Below are positions 35,866 to 48,400 of a DNA stretch of 64,000 nt, in pieces. Location of the stretch: contig MU053472.1 of NCBI GenBank assembly GCA_013239625.1, positions 1,877,236 through 1,941,235 of the forward strand, in the 5' to 3' direction. The stretch's first letter is position 1, and each line of letters begins with the position of its first letter. The translations under genes and the position numbers were made by a program. This stretch comes from Lama guanicoe. Lineage: Eukaryota. The notes under the pieces were generated by a model. The model made no database searches, had not been told where the DNA came from, and saw nothing but the letters and a program-made list of their open reading frames with translations.

Positions 35866-36290
35866 TGAATTTTAATAATACGTTTTATTTAACCTAATAC
35901 ATCTGATATACCATTTCAAGATTTCATCAATACCAAAATTATTAATGGAATAGTTTACATTCTTTTTTCCCATGTTACGTCTTGAAAATCTGCAGTATAT
36001 TTTTCTATATTTTGTGCAACAACAGTGCTCATTGCAGGTGCTCAATAAATATTGATTGACTATACCCATATGTCTGTTTTTTGGTGGGGAGGAGGAGGTA
36101 ATTAGGTTTATTTACTTACTTTTTAAGTGGAAGTACTGGGGATTGAACCCAGGACCTTGTGCATGCTAGGCAGGCACTCTACTACTGAGCTATCCCCTCC
36201 CCTGCAGTATATTTTATACATACAGCCCATCCCTATTCGGACCGGCCGTCTTTCAAATGCTCCCCAGCCACACCTTGGCAGCACAGAGCC
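35866..36290. mobile_element. MER33-type hAT-Charlie element interrupted at 36004-36201
   Basis: ttttaataatacgttttatttaacctaata...aaattattaatggaatagtttacattctttttt, resuming after the insert with tacagcccatccctattcggaccggccg...tttcaaatgctccccagccaca. Confidence 0.8.
36077..36201 (-). mobile_element. tRNA-Ala-derived camelid SINE (Vic-1 type), long form
   Basis: A box TAGCTCAGTAG, B box GGTTCAATCC, tail taaataaacctaattacctcc...aaaaaa; perfect 14-bp TSD ctgcagtatatttt at 35990-36003 and 36202-36215. Confidence 0.93.
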
Positions 36291-39200
36291 ACCACATTCT
36301 TCTACTCTACTGCCTTTGGTTGTATGAACACAAAGGGAGAAAGATTTGGATTGAACTCAAGGTCACTCCATGCTGATATCCATGGCTACCCCCTACAGAT
36401 GCTTTTGACATGACAGAAGTAATTCAAATAAATTTTGTTCTCAGTTGGCCATAAGAGATTTGTCAGCGATTATCTAGGGAAGTAATCACTGGTAGCAAGT
36501 CCGTCCTGGTGGACATGTTAAGTTTTGCTCAGGTGTTCGCTTAGAGAAATAAGACTTGTCTCTCCTTTTATTCCTCTCTGGCCAAGCCCTGCCTTTGTAT
36601 TGAGATCCAGCAACCTTGGAAGAACACAGGTTATGTGCTTAATATAATAATTACCGTTTTCTACTTAAATGGCCGTCCGAATTCCCAGCACTGATCTAAT
36701 TCCAATTGCTTCTAAAGTTTAACCTTTTACACTTGTGTTGGTTTTAGCCAGTGGCCACTGTGTCGAAGGTCAAGAACTTGTACACTTCCTCCCCAAAGAC
36801 TCAGTGTATCGGTGCTCAGCGTGTTCGGATCCCTCTGGATTTGTTTCTTTCATTTTGCCATGATTGGTTAATTCGTAAAATCATAAGGCTTTTTTTTTTC
36901 CTTCCTTCAATTGGATGGCAAATGGGCGATAAAGGAAGAGAAGGAAAACGAATGGAATTCATCAGTTTCCTCAGCATCTTAATTATCTTAGTTTTAAGTT
37001 CCTCTGTAAGTGTGTCTTTATAGATGTAGTTTTACTAGCTTAAAGCATCTAATTGAAACCAGATCCTTAGATCTCTCTGGATGAAGGAGCAGTAATAAGC
37101 CCAGAGCATCGGATCCCTGCAATCCAGAAATGCTTATATGTCTTGTACCTGATGCACATGTAACCAGTTTACCCTCCCTGCTTCGTTTCCCACCTAAGAC
37201 TGTAGAGTGTGCATCTTGCTCTAGTGAGAATGCCTCTTCTTTTATGCTCATTTGTGCACATTTTTGCATCACTCCCCACCCCACCCCCACAGGCTCAGTA
37301 GAATCCGGTGGCAGAGACTTCTTCATTTTGGCAAGCATGACTCCTATGTGTGGGGCCAGTCATCTGGCTCTTCACTGAAGCCTTGGCTGGTTTCAAGAGT
37401 CCTTAATTCTTTTGCTTTGGGATTCTTTTAAGCCCCAGTAGTTTGAGAAATTGTGAAGGAGGGTATAGACACATTGAAGTCTTTAATCAGAGAAGCTTCC
37501 TTAACAAGAAACCATAATTTGTAATATACTTTAGAAGGATTTAAAAGCACTGCAGTAATGGGTCCAAGAATTATAGTATTTTCCGAAATCATTGGATGTT
37601 ATCCTAAGGAATGAAAGCTATCACTTGTAAGTCACAGATCAATTTTCTATGTCTAAATTCAGTAATTTTTCTTCGAGGCAGCCCCCGTGTAAGTTGCTCA
37701 ACCACAGTCTTGTGCTTCTGAAACTTTTCCATTGAAGTACCTTGAACAGCAGAAGAGGGATGTTCACATGTCCCCTTTGTTCAGTCCCCACTTCTGGAGC
37801 CATACCCTTGACTGCTACTGGCTTAAAATTTTTCTTAAAGCTAGGCTTTTATCTTAAAATCAATGTGGATATTATATTCTCTTCCGCAATGTATATGTTT
37901 GTTTTACTATCTAAATTATTTGTCAGTCCAATTACTTAACTTTTTCTCCTACAATTTTCAAGCAAAATAATTCAAGCAAAATACTGCAGAAATACTGCAA
38001 TAACACAACTATTGGTAGAGGTTTTGTGTGTGTGTATTTTTTTTCTTTTTCTTTTTTTTTTTTTTGCTTGCTTATATTCCCATTTTACAGACAAGAAACA
38101 GGTTTTATTAAGTTCAGGCACTCACTCAAGGTTATAGACTCATGAAGTGGCAAAGCCATTCTAACCCATGTTAGAAATTTCTCGAGTTGCAAATCGATAA
38201 TATAAAACCATGCTAGATATGAAGACATCCTATCTTCAAAAGAAATAAGAAGGTAGGTTTTAAAAGATTCCACTAAGTTAGTGACTATGAGTTATTCATG
38301 TACAGCGTGCTGAGTTTCCCAGATAGCTTGGAAACAATTAATTTTGGATAAGCATACATGTTTTATGTAACTGCAGCTACTGGCAGTAATGTTTCATAAC
38401 TAATGCATTTTGTCAAAAAAAAAAAGAGTAGGGGGCTAATTTCCCTCAAAAGCATTATCTGGCAGGGTAAGGAGGGGATGTTTTTCATATTCGAACAGAG
38501 AAGCAGAGACTCACATAGGAACCTTTGTCGCATTGATAGCAGTTTGACAGACCCTTGAAGAGAACCCATTTCATGGCCCATGTGCTGGTCCTGCCCTGAG
38601 AACCCTCTTGCTTGTGAGGAAAATCTTTAAAACCTTAAGTCCCCGAGGTGCATCCTGATCTAGGACCAATTTTCTCTTTCTTAAAAGGAAAAAGAACCAA
38701 AACGGTGGGAAATTCTCCGCAAGTCCTGTTTCATTCTGAATTGTCTCTCCCTTCTCCACTGCTGTTTGATTAGCAGCTTCAGCCCCTGGGATGAAGCACA
38801 TTGGAAATAGTTATTATTAGCATTATTAAAATAACTATTTTCTTTATCGTCATTTTAAAGTCATATATCTATTTAGCAGACCACAACAGCTAGCCCAAGA
38901 TACAAAATTATGTTGCTTGCATCAGTTGGGAATTTCATGGAATTTGCTTCTATTTGACTATATTTCCAGATGGAACCATGTGCCTAAGTGTTTGTTTTAG
39001 GCCTCCAAGAAGTCATTCCTTTGCAATGATCTGTAGCCAGACTGCTCTCCTCTTGGGACTAACCTGTGTGACTAATTTGAGTAGGAGTGTGATAAACTTT
39101 GTCACCACTTAAGAAGAGGCTAAAAATACTTCCTTTTTTCGGTTGTTTTTTTTCCCCTCCATATTATCTAGCGACACTCCTCGAGGGATAATCCAAAGGA

Positions 39201-39682
39201 GGTGGTGAAGATTAGAGCTAATGGAGAAGGTTCTGAATGCCCAAGCTTCATTTCGGAAGCTTCACACCTTCAAGCCCCAGGGAAAAGTTTTGACCCCAGG
39301 CTTTTACAGGTTTTGTTGTAAAATCCGAGCTGCCCAGAACGCTCTGTGGCTAATGGCTTTAGCAGAAGTGATTTTTACCAGTAGAGATGGCCATCAACCA
39401 GGCTGGTCTTAGTTCATTGTCCAGATCTAAAAATGTTTGTTAATTTAACTTACTGTGCTAGTTAAGCATTTCCAAAAAGTGTCTCTGTTTAGGTTGCAGT
39501 CTTGTGATCCAAACACGGTAAATGGAGGGAGGGCTTCCCTGAAAGGTGGAGGAGACAGACATGGCTTGGAGATGAAACATATTCAGAGCTGGAAGGCTGG
39601 GGAGGGACTCCTGTTCTACCCAATTCTCGACTCGTTGAGGGACTTCGGACAAGTCACGACCTCACTGTCCCAAATTTATCTC

Positions 39683-39831
39683 TTTTGGTGGGGTGGGTAA
39701 TTAGATTTATTTATTTATTTATTTGCTTATTTATTTTATTTTATTTTTTTTTAATGGAGCTACTGGCGATTGGACCCAGGACCTCACGCATGCTAAGCAC
39801 GCAGTCTACCCCTGAGCTATATACCCTCCCC
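39683..39831 (-). mobile_element. tRNA-Ala-derived camelid SINE (Vic-1 type), long form with expanded (TAAA)n
   Basis: Same body as the other copies (atgctaagcacgc...ctgagctat), the same gggtaattag tail segment, and a decayed B box. Confidence 0.9.
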
Positions 39832-39865
39832 ACTGTTTAACTTTAAACTGAAAGATTGCACCAGC

Positions 39866-40068
39866 TCTTTGGTTTTCAAAGCTCTCTCTTACACCCTCCT
39901 CCCCAGCAGCAGAGCCTTTTTTCTAGTGAAATTTATGCAGGACCCCAATATATAAAACAGGAACAAATGGAGATACTTTGTTAATGGAGGGTCCAGGGAA
40001 AAAATCCCTCTCTGGCTTCAGTTCTGGGCCCCAAGACACTTCTCCTTTAGCCATTCTTTAAGAGCTCT
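39866..40068. mobile_element. Probable old hAT-Charlie element (MER103-like)
   Basis: tggttttcaaa start, then cagcagcagagccttttttctagtgaaatttatgcaggaccccaatatataaaacag; family assignment recalled and uncertain. Confidence 0.45.
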
Positions 40069-42104
40069 TCCAACTGTGGCATTCTATACTTCTAATTAAT
40101 GCAAATTGAGCGTTATTAATATCAGTGGGGTTTTTTTTTTCCATTCAGTACCCACAGCAGGGAAGAAAAAAATAGTCTTAAATTTCAGCATGATTTAAGT
40201 TAGATGAAGGTATAATTCGTTGATACTAAAGATGCATACAGGTCTAATCATACAACTGTTGAAAGTTGTGGAAATTCACAATAGAAACTCTCTTCCTTTG
40301 CCCCAGGAAGCACGGAGCACTAATGCAGAGGAGTAGATAAATGATAAACCTTCAACCATTAGACCTCACTTCCTGCACGCTTCCCATTGCGTCCTCCCAT
40401 ACACCTCCCTCTTTCTTCTCCTCTCTCAAATCCTAGATTACCGCATAGTTGAGAATTTTGGCCCCAGAAGAGTTTTTCTTGGTTCCTCGTGTGTCTCTCT
40501 AACTGGAGCCAGGTCTGAAGTACTCTGATCTCTACCTGCCATCTCAGCTAAGCCCTTGCCGATTTAATACCAACCCATTGTATAGGATTAAATTCTGAGC
40601 CTTCCGGGGGAAAAATTTCAGAAGGTGTTCCTTCGCTGCTGTTAATTGCAAAATAAACAGATCTCCCTCGCGGGGAGCAGGGTTTCCCTCTCCTTTGGTG
40701 GGCTTCCCTCTAGCAACGCAGGAGCGGCCCGGCGCAGATGTACACCTACAATTCCAGACCAGTTGAGAGCTCCCACTTCATTGGCTGTTTGCAGCATTTC
40801 GACGACCCAGGTACTGATGGCTAATCACTCCAGCCTTTTCTGAGCCATAGCCTCTCCCTGCCAGCAGTTTTTCACTAACCGTTAAAACTGTGCCTCTGAG
40901 TCAGGATTTCTCCCCCAAAATACTAAGAGCAAATAGTGTTTAGCATTTTCTCTCAGCCAGGCACTGTCCTAAGCACTTTAAATCCGTCAACTCATTTGGG
41001 CTCTTTGAGAATGGCCAGACCAAGGCCCGAGGGACAGGATAGGTACAGAGTTTCCAGAATCCTCTGTGGCTTGTTCTCACCAAATGACTTGCAGACGGGC
41101 GCGCTGGGCAGCTCCCAGACGAGTGTCCATCCATTAAAGTGTACAACTTTGAGAATCTGGATTTTTTTTTTTAACAAACAAATGAGCCACTTGAGTTGCT
41201 TATGTATGAAATGATGGTTTGGCAGGTGGAGTTATTATTATTCTATTACGATCAAAATGATTAACAAGGGCTTAATTTCATTCCAAACAGATTGTGTCAA
41301 GGCGACTGGGCGCTGCAGAAGTACAGTGAAATATGAGATGCTCGAGCTTTTGGTCGGGGCTGAGCTAGAGACCCCGGTTAGTCCTACCCTTTTCTAAACA
41401 GCCACAGCCATGAAACTTTCTTGACCTTTTCACCTTTAAACTTTGTTTGAACTTGGAAAGAAGACTTTTGAATTATTAAAAGAAAAAGAGAGAGAGAGAA
41501 GAGAGAAGAAAAAAGAAAGACAGGAGGAAAAAAAGGTCGGGGGAGGCCGTGGAAGAGATGTGGGGACTGGGAGAAAAGGACTGATTATATGTTAGCGTAA
41601 CAGTAATACTAGGAAAATAATCCTCCTCTTGTGTACGAGTTTCTGCTACTGGGAGCCACAGGGTAATCAGCTCACATGACATACCCAGAGGCTAATGCTA
41701 GCCTGGGCTGTTTTTGAACATATTCAAACAAAGGCTGATTATCCAAACAAGCATTTGGACTGCAGCAGTCGGACCAGTTAAATTATAGTTAGTAAAACTT
41801 GGCGCCTTCTGAGCTTGGAATGTTACAATTGCAGCTGGATCTTCGTTTGTCAGGCAGCCTCACCAAACAATAAAACCAGAGATTTTTTTTTTTTTTAAAT
41901 CTCCGCAGGACTCAGTTTAACTCCTTGGATGCAAAGAGAAAAGTGCCAACTGTCACAACTTGGACCCCTGGCAATGTCCGTCTCCCGTCCTGCCTGAGTT
42001 AATGAGGCAGCGGCATTTTTGTGGGGTTCTGTGGGGAAGTGGGAGGGTGAAGGCAAGTTGTTTCTTTCCTTAGATCTTCTTCTAGAAAGAGAATCATTGT
42101 TGCT

Positions 42105-42480
42105 TGTTTATTCCTTCCATCAATGTCTGTTAAGGGCCACTATGGACAAAGCCCTGTGCTGGATACTCTGTTTATATACACATGGCGATAATAGATGTCA
42201 TAAAATAGTCAGGTGTCAGAAGGCTACAAGATATTATGAGTGATTTAATGAAGGGGGATGGGGAAGATGAGAATAAAAAGGGTTTTTGAAGAAGGTATCA
42301 TTTGAACCAACTTAGAGGGAAGGTAGGCTTGAATTTAAAGGTGATTCTAAAGGCGATTTTACGCAGAGGAAACAGCCCAAATAAAGGAGTGGAGGCAGGA
42401 AAGCTGGATAGTGGGTGAGAAGGAATAATGGTTGATTGAGACTAAAAGTCGATTGGGAAGGTCAGGCCCAAGAGTGTGGT
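42105..42480 (-). mobile_element. L2 fragment
   Basis: tattccttccatcaatgtctgttaagggccactatggacaaagccctgtgctggat, gaagaaggtatcatttgaac and gcagaggaaacagc. Confidence 0.7.
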
Positions 42481-42517
42481 CTTTAAAGTTATCTTTTGTT
42501 TTTACATAGCTGTCTTT

Positions 42518-42725
42518 AATAATAATACATTAACATAAATTGAAAATTTACCCTTTTTTTGGGACTTTGAGTCCTCATAGTAATGCTCCGAGAAAACTGT
42601 GGTTCAGAGACACTAGTAACTTTCCCCAGATCACACAGCCCGTCAGCGGCACAGTCAAGATTCAAATGCAGGCTGACTATAGACCCCGTCACCCCCACCC
42701 CCAGCTCTTGACTACTCTTCTGTTC
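42518..42725 (-). mobile_element. MIR SINE
   Basis: gagaaaactgtggttcagagacactagtaactttccccagatcacacagc...ggcacagtcaagattcaaatgcaggctgact. Confidence 0.85.
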
Positions 42726-44516
42726 TACTCTTTACGCCTTTTAAAGTTGCTGACTTTATGATCCCAGGGCAGGATTGATTACGGCTTATTTTTCTGTGGA
42801 GGCAGGACTGGATTATCACCGTCCTTGAGTTGGGTGGTTATAGTGAAAAGAATCACTTTACTTGGATGATCTTTGTATCGGAGGTCAGTGCGCACTCACC
42901 ACAGCCACCACTCTGAGTCGGTTTAAGCGTATGGGTTGTGATTACAAGTTCATGCGAGCAACAGTGTTTCTTCCTGACCAATCCCATCATAAGGAGACAA
43001 TCTGCTCTCCTAGTTACTTCTGACGGCAATTTTACAGTCGCCCAGGGCCGACTCTGGCAGTCAAGGTCCTGTGCATTTATGACGTTGCCTTTTCTGAGAA
43101 ACACATTTGATACCATTGGTATATGGCTCCCCGCTTCCCTGCTTCCACAGGGCATCTTCACCGTGTTCTTATCCTCTGCTGACCCTGCCACTGTCTTGTT
43201 TTCTTTCCTGTCCTCTTTGATATACTCTGTTATTGTAAGCCGGGCTTGTGGCTTCTGGGACGGGTGATTGGCAGGGTCGGTCAGACATGAGCGCTGAAAC
43301 GTGTGTCCCAGAGGTGGAAGCCAGATTTCCTCTTGGGGCCCTGAGGCCCACTCCAGGGATGACTTCGTGGCTAGAAATAGCAAAAATCAAAATGGTTATT
43401 GCAGATAGTCCAGACAAGCAAATAAGAAATCCAAATGCTTGGATACTTCAGATTTTTTAATTTACTAGTGGATATTTTTAGCAGTGGAAGCAACATAGCC
43501 TAACTTTGTGTAAATTTTTTTCCCGGGTATAGGATGGGTTTTTAGTTCTTAGGGGAAAATGAGGTGCTGATTTAGTGAGCTTATTTTTGAGAAGCAAGAG
43601 TGAATAAACGGGGTCACCGTATTATAGAGTGGGAGTTAATTGGCAACGGTATCCTTATTTAGCTTGGGTTAAAAGTGAATGTGGAAAAGACATGTGAATT
43701 GCATTATTATCAAAGACAGTCACGTACCCAACAGGAAAATGTAGGTTTAAAATACTGAACAGAGCTGTATCGATTTGGGGGTGTTGGTTGCTTTATTTTG
43801 TTGTTTAATTCAGTTTGCAAGGCCTCCAGCAGCTAACTCTGCAACCTTTGAGAAAACTCTTGAAATTCTAGTGCTAAGCTTTCTATAACATTATGACGCT
43901 TTTGGAAATTAAGGTGGCCTCGTGATGAGCAGTTCTTCCTTTCTGATGTGAATCATTTGCATTTTTATCGGTGGCTCTGAAATTAATATAAAAAGGGAAC
44001 TTCATTTAGTTTAGGTGATCACATTTCAGAAGTAGCAGAGGATAACATGCTGCTCTGTTAAGATCTAGATCATGCTAAAAGTATTCAGCTTGGCTTTTGG
44101 AGATTAGGTTTTCCCTGCTTAAAATTAAGAACTTAAAGATTTTAATCAAGATAATCTTAAAATGTCTTAAGGTGCAACTTACTCTGGAGGTGATACTCTC
44201 CTTGGTAGAGTAAAGACCAAAGGAGAAGTTGTGAGTTAATATTTACTCATTTATTACTATTTTAATCAAATGGCTTTGCAACTTGACCTTCTAAATGTGA
44301 ATATTTCTTGTTTTGGAGAGAACACTCAGGTATGTGAAACCATCACTGTTGTGTTGGACGTTCACAGGCCTAAAAGTCTTACACTTGAGTTTTAAATATG
44401 TCCGTGATAAAAATATTTCAATTGGGATTTTCTGTGAGGGCAGTTACATTCTCCTGGAGACCTGCATTTTGGTGTAGGTATTTGGATGTTTGGGGACTGT
44501 AACCATGTCGCCTCAA

Positions 44517-44742
44517 ATAATAATAATTATAATAGTAGTAGTAGCGCAAGAACTACCATTTATTGAACGCTGCCTCTGCAATGGGCACGTTTATGCATAG
44601 TTTCTTACCCTGACAGTTACCCTGTCGGGTAGAACAGTATTTTTATTTCTAAGAGAACTGAGCCTAAGAGAAGTGATAGGGACAGGCTTTGGAACCCAGG
44701 ATTCTCTGACCCCAAATTCTCCATATTCTTCCCACTACACCA
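44517..44742 (-). mobile_element. MIR SINE
   Basis: actaccatttattgaacgc...gaactgagcctaagagaagtga...gaacccaggattctctgaccccaaa...cttcccactacacca. Confidence 0.8.
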
Positions 44743-45428
44743 TGATATTAAAAAGGAATGAGTTGTAGCTGATGCTTGTTGAAAACTTCTCAGTTACAGC
44801 ACACATATCCTAAAAAGTTCAAAACCTGTCTTATTCAGTAAACCACATTCATTTACCTATGTCATTGAGCCCGATGAGAAAAGGGCTCATTTCTTTTAAA
44901 TGAAACTCACGCGCACTGAAGTCTATCTTAAGTCAAACCGTCCCCGCAAAGGAGCAGTCTTAAAAGGTACCAAGGGTGGTTGTTCTTGAGCTGATTTTGA
45001 TGGATTCAAGGGCAAAAATAGGCTAGCCATTTGATTAGATTTCAATATGCCACTCTTACTTGGGAATTTTCCTCTGTCTGGGCACAAGAGAATTCTTGCC
45101 ATGAGAAACCGTCTGCTCCCTCCCCCGCGGCCCTCGCTCCCCACCTCTCACCCTTGAGAAGAATCCAGCACGAAATTACAATCCAGTTAGGCTGTCTTTT
45201 GGGGGACCCTCCATACAGTAGACACACTGAATTGGTAGATTTGACATTAGAGATTTGACTTTTGGAAAGTGATTCCAAAAGTCAATGAGGAATTTGCTGT
45301 TACTACTGATTTGTAAGTTGGTGTGTAGGAGTGAGTGGTAAAGCCAGGGAATCAGCCCGTTTGACCACCCAGCACCTGCGTCTCCCTTTGCTCTGTTCCC
45401 TGCTTCTTGTCTTATACCAGGATTGAAA

Positions 45429-45460
45429 ACACACTCACACACACACACACACACACACAC
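45429..45460. repeat. (CA)n microsatellite
   Basis: Interrupted CA run seen directly. Confidence 0.95.
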
Positions 45461-48400
45461 GGTAGCCATCTCTATATGCTAATACAGGGAGAGACAGGAA
45501 GATAAATAAGCCTCATAAAATAACAGTTTTGAAATAAAACCAGTTTAAAAATTGTACTTTTCCCCCTACTAGTAGCATTTAACACATAGATGTTAAAAAA
45601 CAAAAACGTGTGTTGAATAAATGCTTAATTTTTCTAAGAAAGCCAGGATGATGATAATGGAATAAGAGTCAATGTGTGTTCGTGTTTGTGTGTGTGTGTG
45701 CGCGTTTATTAAAGAGAGATCGTTTCCCAATGTTGAGTGTATCTAAATCCAGAATGGCTCCTGTAATCCAAGAGGAAGAAACCAAGAACATGAGAAAGGC
45801 AGTGTAAATATCAGAATCTGACCGAAAAGAGACGGTTAGATACGTCCTGGTTAGCCCTTTGATAGGTCACTATATCTTAAAACACGTAATGATATCTGTA
45901 GTGATGTTTTAGTAACTTTCGTGTCTATTTTGGACTCAGTCCATTTGGCTAATGTTTCCAGGCCCAGACTCCAGCCCTCCTCCCTTTATATTTGATGTGT
46001 CAGACACGACAAGAACTTCCTCACTGACTAGCTTGTGATCAGACCCTGCCTCCAATTAGAAAGACATCACTGAATGCAGGTTACAGCGAAGAGTTGAGAC
46101 AGATCCTGTCCTTACAACCTCATGAAATGCGAAGAGCCTGGAATTCAGGAAGCTGAGGGGAAACTCAACCTTCAGAGCCTCTCTTCTGCCAGTCAGCCTG
46201 CTTTTTTGCGGAGGTTTATCCCTCTGTTTCTGAGCCAATGTTGAATAGAAAGAACAGTGCTGATCACAGTTCTCCAAGGATGACTGCGTCCCCCACTGCC
46301 TTTACGAACTAATCCCAATTTCTTCCAAACAGATTCTTGAGAACTTTATTTATAATCTCATATAAAAGTGGTCTACGATTCCATCATTGTATATATCAGA
46401 ATTTATTTTGCCAATTCTTTAGAAGGTACTGTCTTTAGAAGACAAATAAGTAGGTTTTCAATAGGTTAAAAAACAAAAACAAAAAACTAAGGAGAGTCTT
46501 TGGAAATGACACCAACAAAGGCATCAGTGTGAGAACAGACTGACTAGAAGCTAGCAAAAATGTGGCCTAAAAGAATAACAACAGGGTAAATTCTGAAGAG
46601 TATTTTACTTGAGTATTAAAATTGCCTAATGCTCATAGGCTTCATTCAGTCCACATTTTACGAAATGGGACATACAGGGAAGGAGCAGTGTTTTTGAAGA
46701 CAGAACTGTAACTCCATAGTATTTGTGATCTCACTATTCATCGTCCTAAGCACCGTGTAATAGACTAACTTGAGGCAGTTTTTCAGCAAATATTATTGTT
46801 AAATAAATAGAATGGCTTATTTCAGAAAGTGAAAAAGCTGTTTCCATGCACTCTGACATCCATCAGCTTTTCTCTCGGGTAGAAATTTTACACTTACACA
46901 TCCTAGTTGTCCAAGTCCTCTGCCTGCTGCTCAGTCACTTCGGACAGTCGGCTTTAATGGGACAACTATGAGATGCTGGGCTGTCACAAAAAGCGGTTCC
47001 TAGGGGAACACCTAAACTTAGTACTTCTTTTTAAGGGTCATGAAAGTCTCATTGAAAGAAAAAAAAACAACAGGAGATTGTTGGGAACCTCTTACTGCCT
47101 CGTCCCAAGGGACGTGGAGCAGAAGGGGCTCCTCTTTAGGGTCTAGAAACCCAGTCTTCATGGACTCGATGTAATGTCAAAGCCAGAAGGCCTCCTCCCC
47201 TGACATGTGAAAAAACTGAAGCTCTGAGGGTTCAAGTGATCTACGCCTGGTGACTGACAGGCCTGACGCTTAGAATTCCAGCCTTCTAACCCCCAGATTT
47301 GGCCTGCCTCACGGACTGACTGAGGGATTCTTTTCCATCCTGGGAGCACTCTGGATGTCTTGTGACCCCTGACCTGATCTGTCACAGGTGGCATTCTAGA
47401 GATGCTGGAGCCAGAAACAGGTCTAAAATAGGCTGAAACTGGCCCCTGGGTCTCCACCCCTCCTCCCCTCCCCACCCCACTTCTAAAACTATGTGAGGTT
47501 GCTCTTGGAGCCCCAGTGGTCTGGGGGAACACTAGGGATCGCATATCCTGTAACATTTGGGACATGGCTCACCTGGCGTGGCCTCATCAGAGCTTGTGTG
47601 TCTGAATTAACCTGGTTGTTGCAGGTCAGCTCTCTTGGTTGGCAAGAGAATTTCCTTTTCTTTTTAAAAATGCAAGTCATGCTTCCATTTTAATATAGTA
47701 TCAACCATTCAGCCTTGACATGATTTAAAATGAATGCGGCTAGTTTTGCCTTTGAATATGTGTGCGTGGAATAACCTAATTGACAAGCAATCATGAAGTT
47801 CTCTTTCAGCCTGATGTTATCCCATCATTCGCAGGCCCATTTTGGTTAATTTGTTTTTTCATATAGTTTCTGGTGGGAAAAATGCATTGCTTTGGTCCTG
47901 AAATTAACTTGATTGAAATATCTGAGACGTTGTCATTTTCCAGTGGCTCAAGAGGTTATTTCCCAAGTGTTTAATTTTTTAAGTACAGTGTATATTAATT
48001 TAACTGCTACTTTCTGACATTCATCATCCCCTGAAAAATTATCAACCGTGCATGCATGGAACAGATTTTTATTTACACTCCAAAGTCCCACACAATGTAG
48101 TTTATTTACCTTTTGCAGATAGTCATGCAAATTTGATCAAGATGGGGTTTTTAAAAACTTGTACCATTTATTGATTTGCTCGATCTCATTTTCAGATTTT
48201 CTTTAAAGTATTCTATAATATATCTTTCAGAAGGAAACACTTAAAGACTAATGCAATCTCCAGGACCTGTTCAATCAGAAATAAATGAGTGGAGAGGTCA
48301 CTTGTCAAGAACATATTGTTTGAAATACTTACATTTAAGGGTTTCCAGTCTTTGACGTAAAAAGTTCTGCCATGAAAAATATGGACTTCATTGGGCTTCT

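Noticed and set aside
36127..36327. ORFs starting MEVLGIEPR (36127) and containing MEILGIEPS (57046) as a paralogous peptide family
   Set aside because: Both are antisense translations of the same SINE body.
42853..43383. Longest ORF (176 aa, minus strand) and overlapping ORFs
   Set aside because: No recognisable domain, a non-ATG start, overlapping ORFs on both strands and no convincing splice boundaries; compatible with chance.
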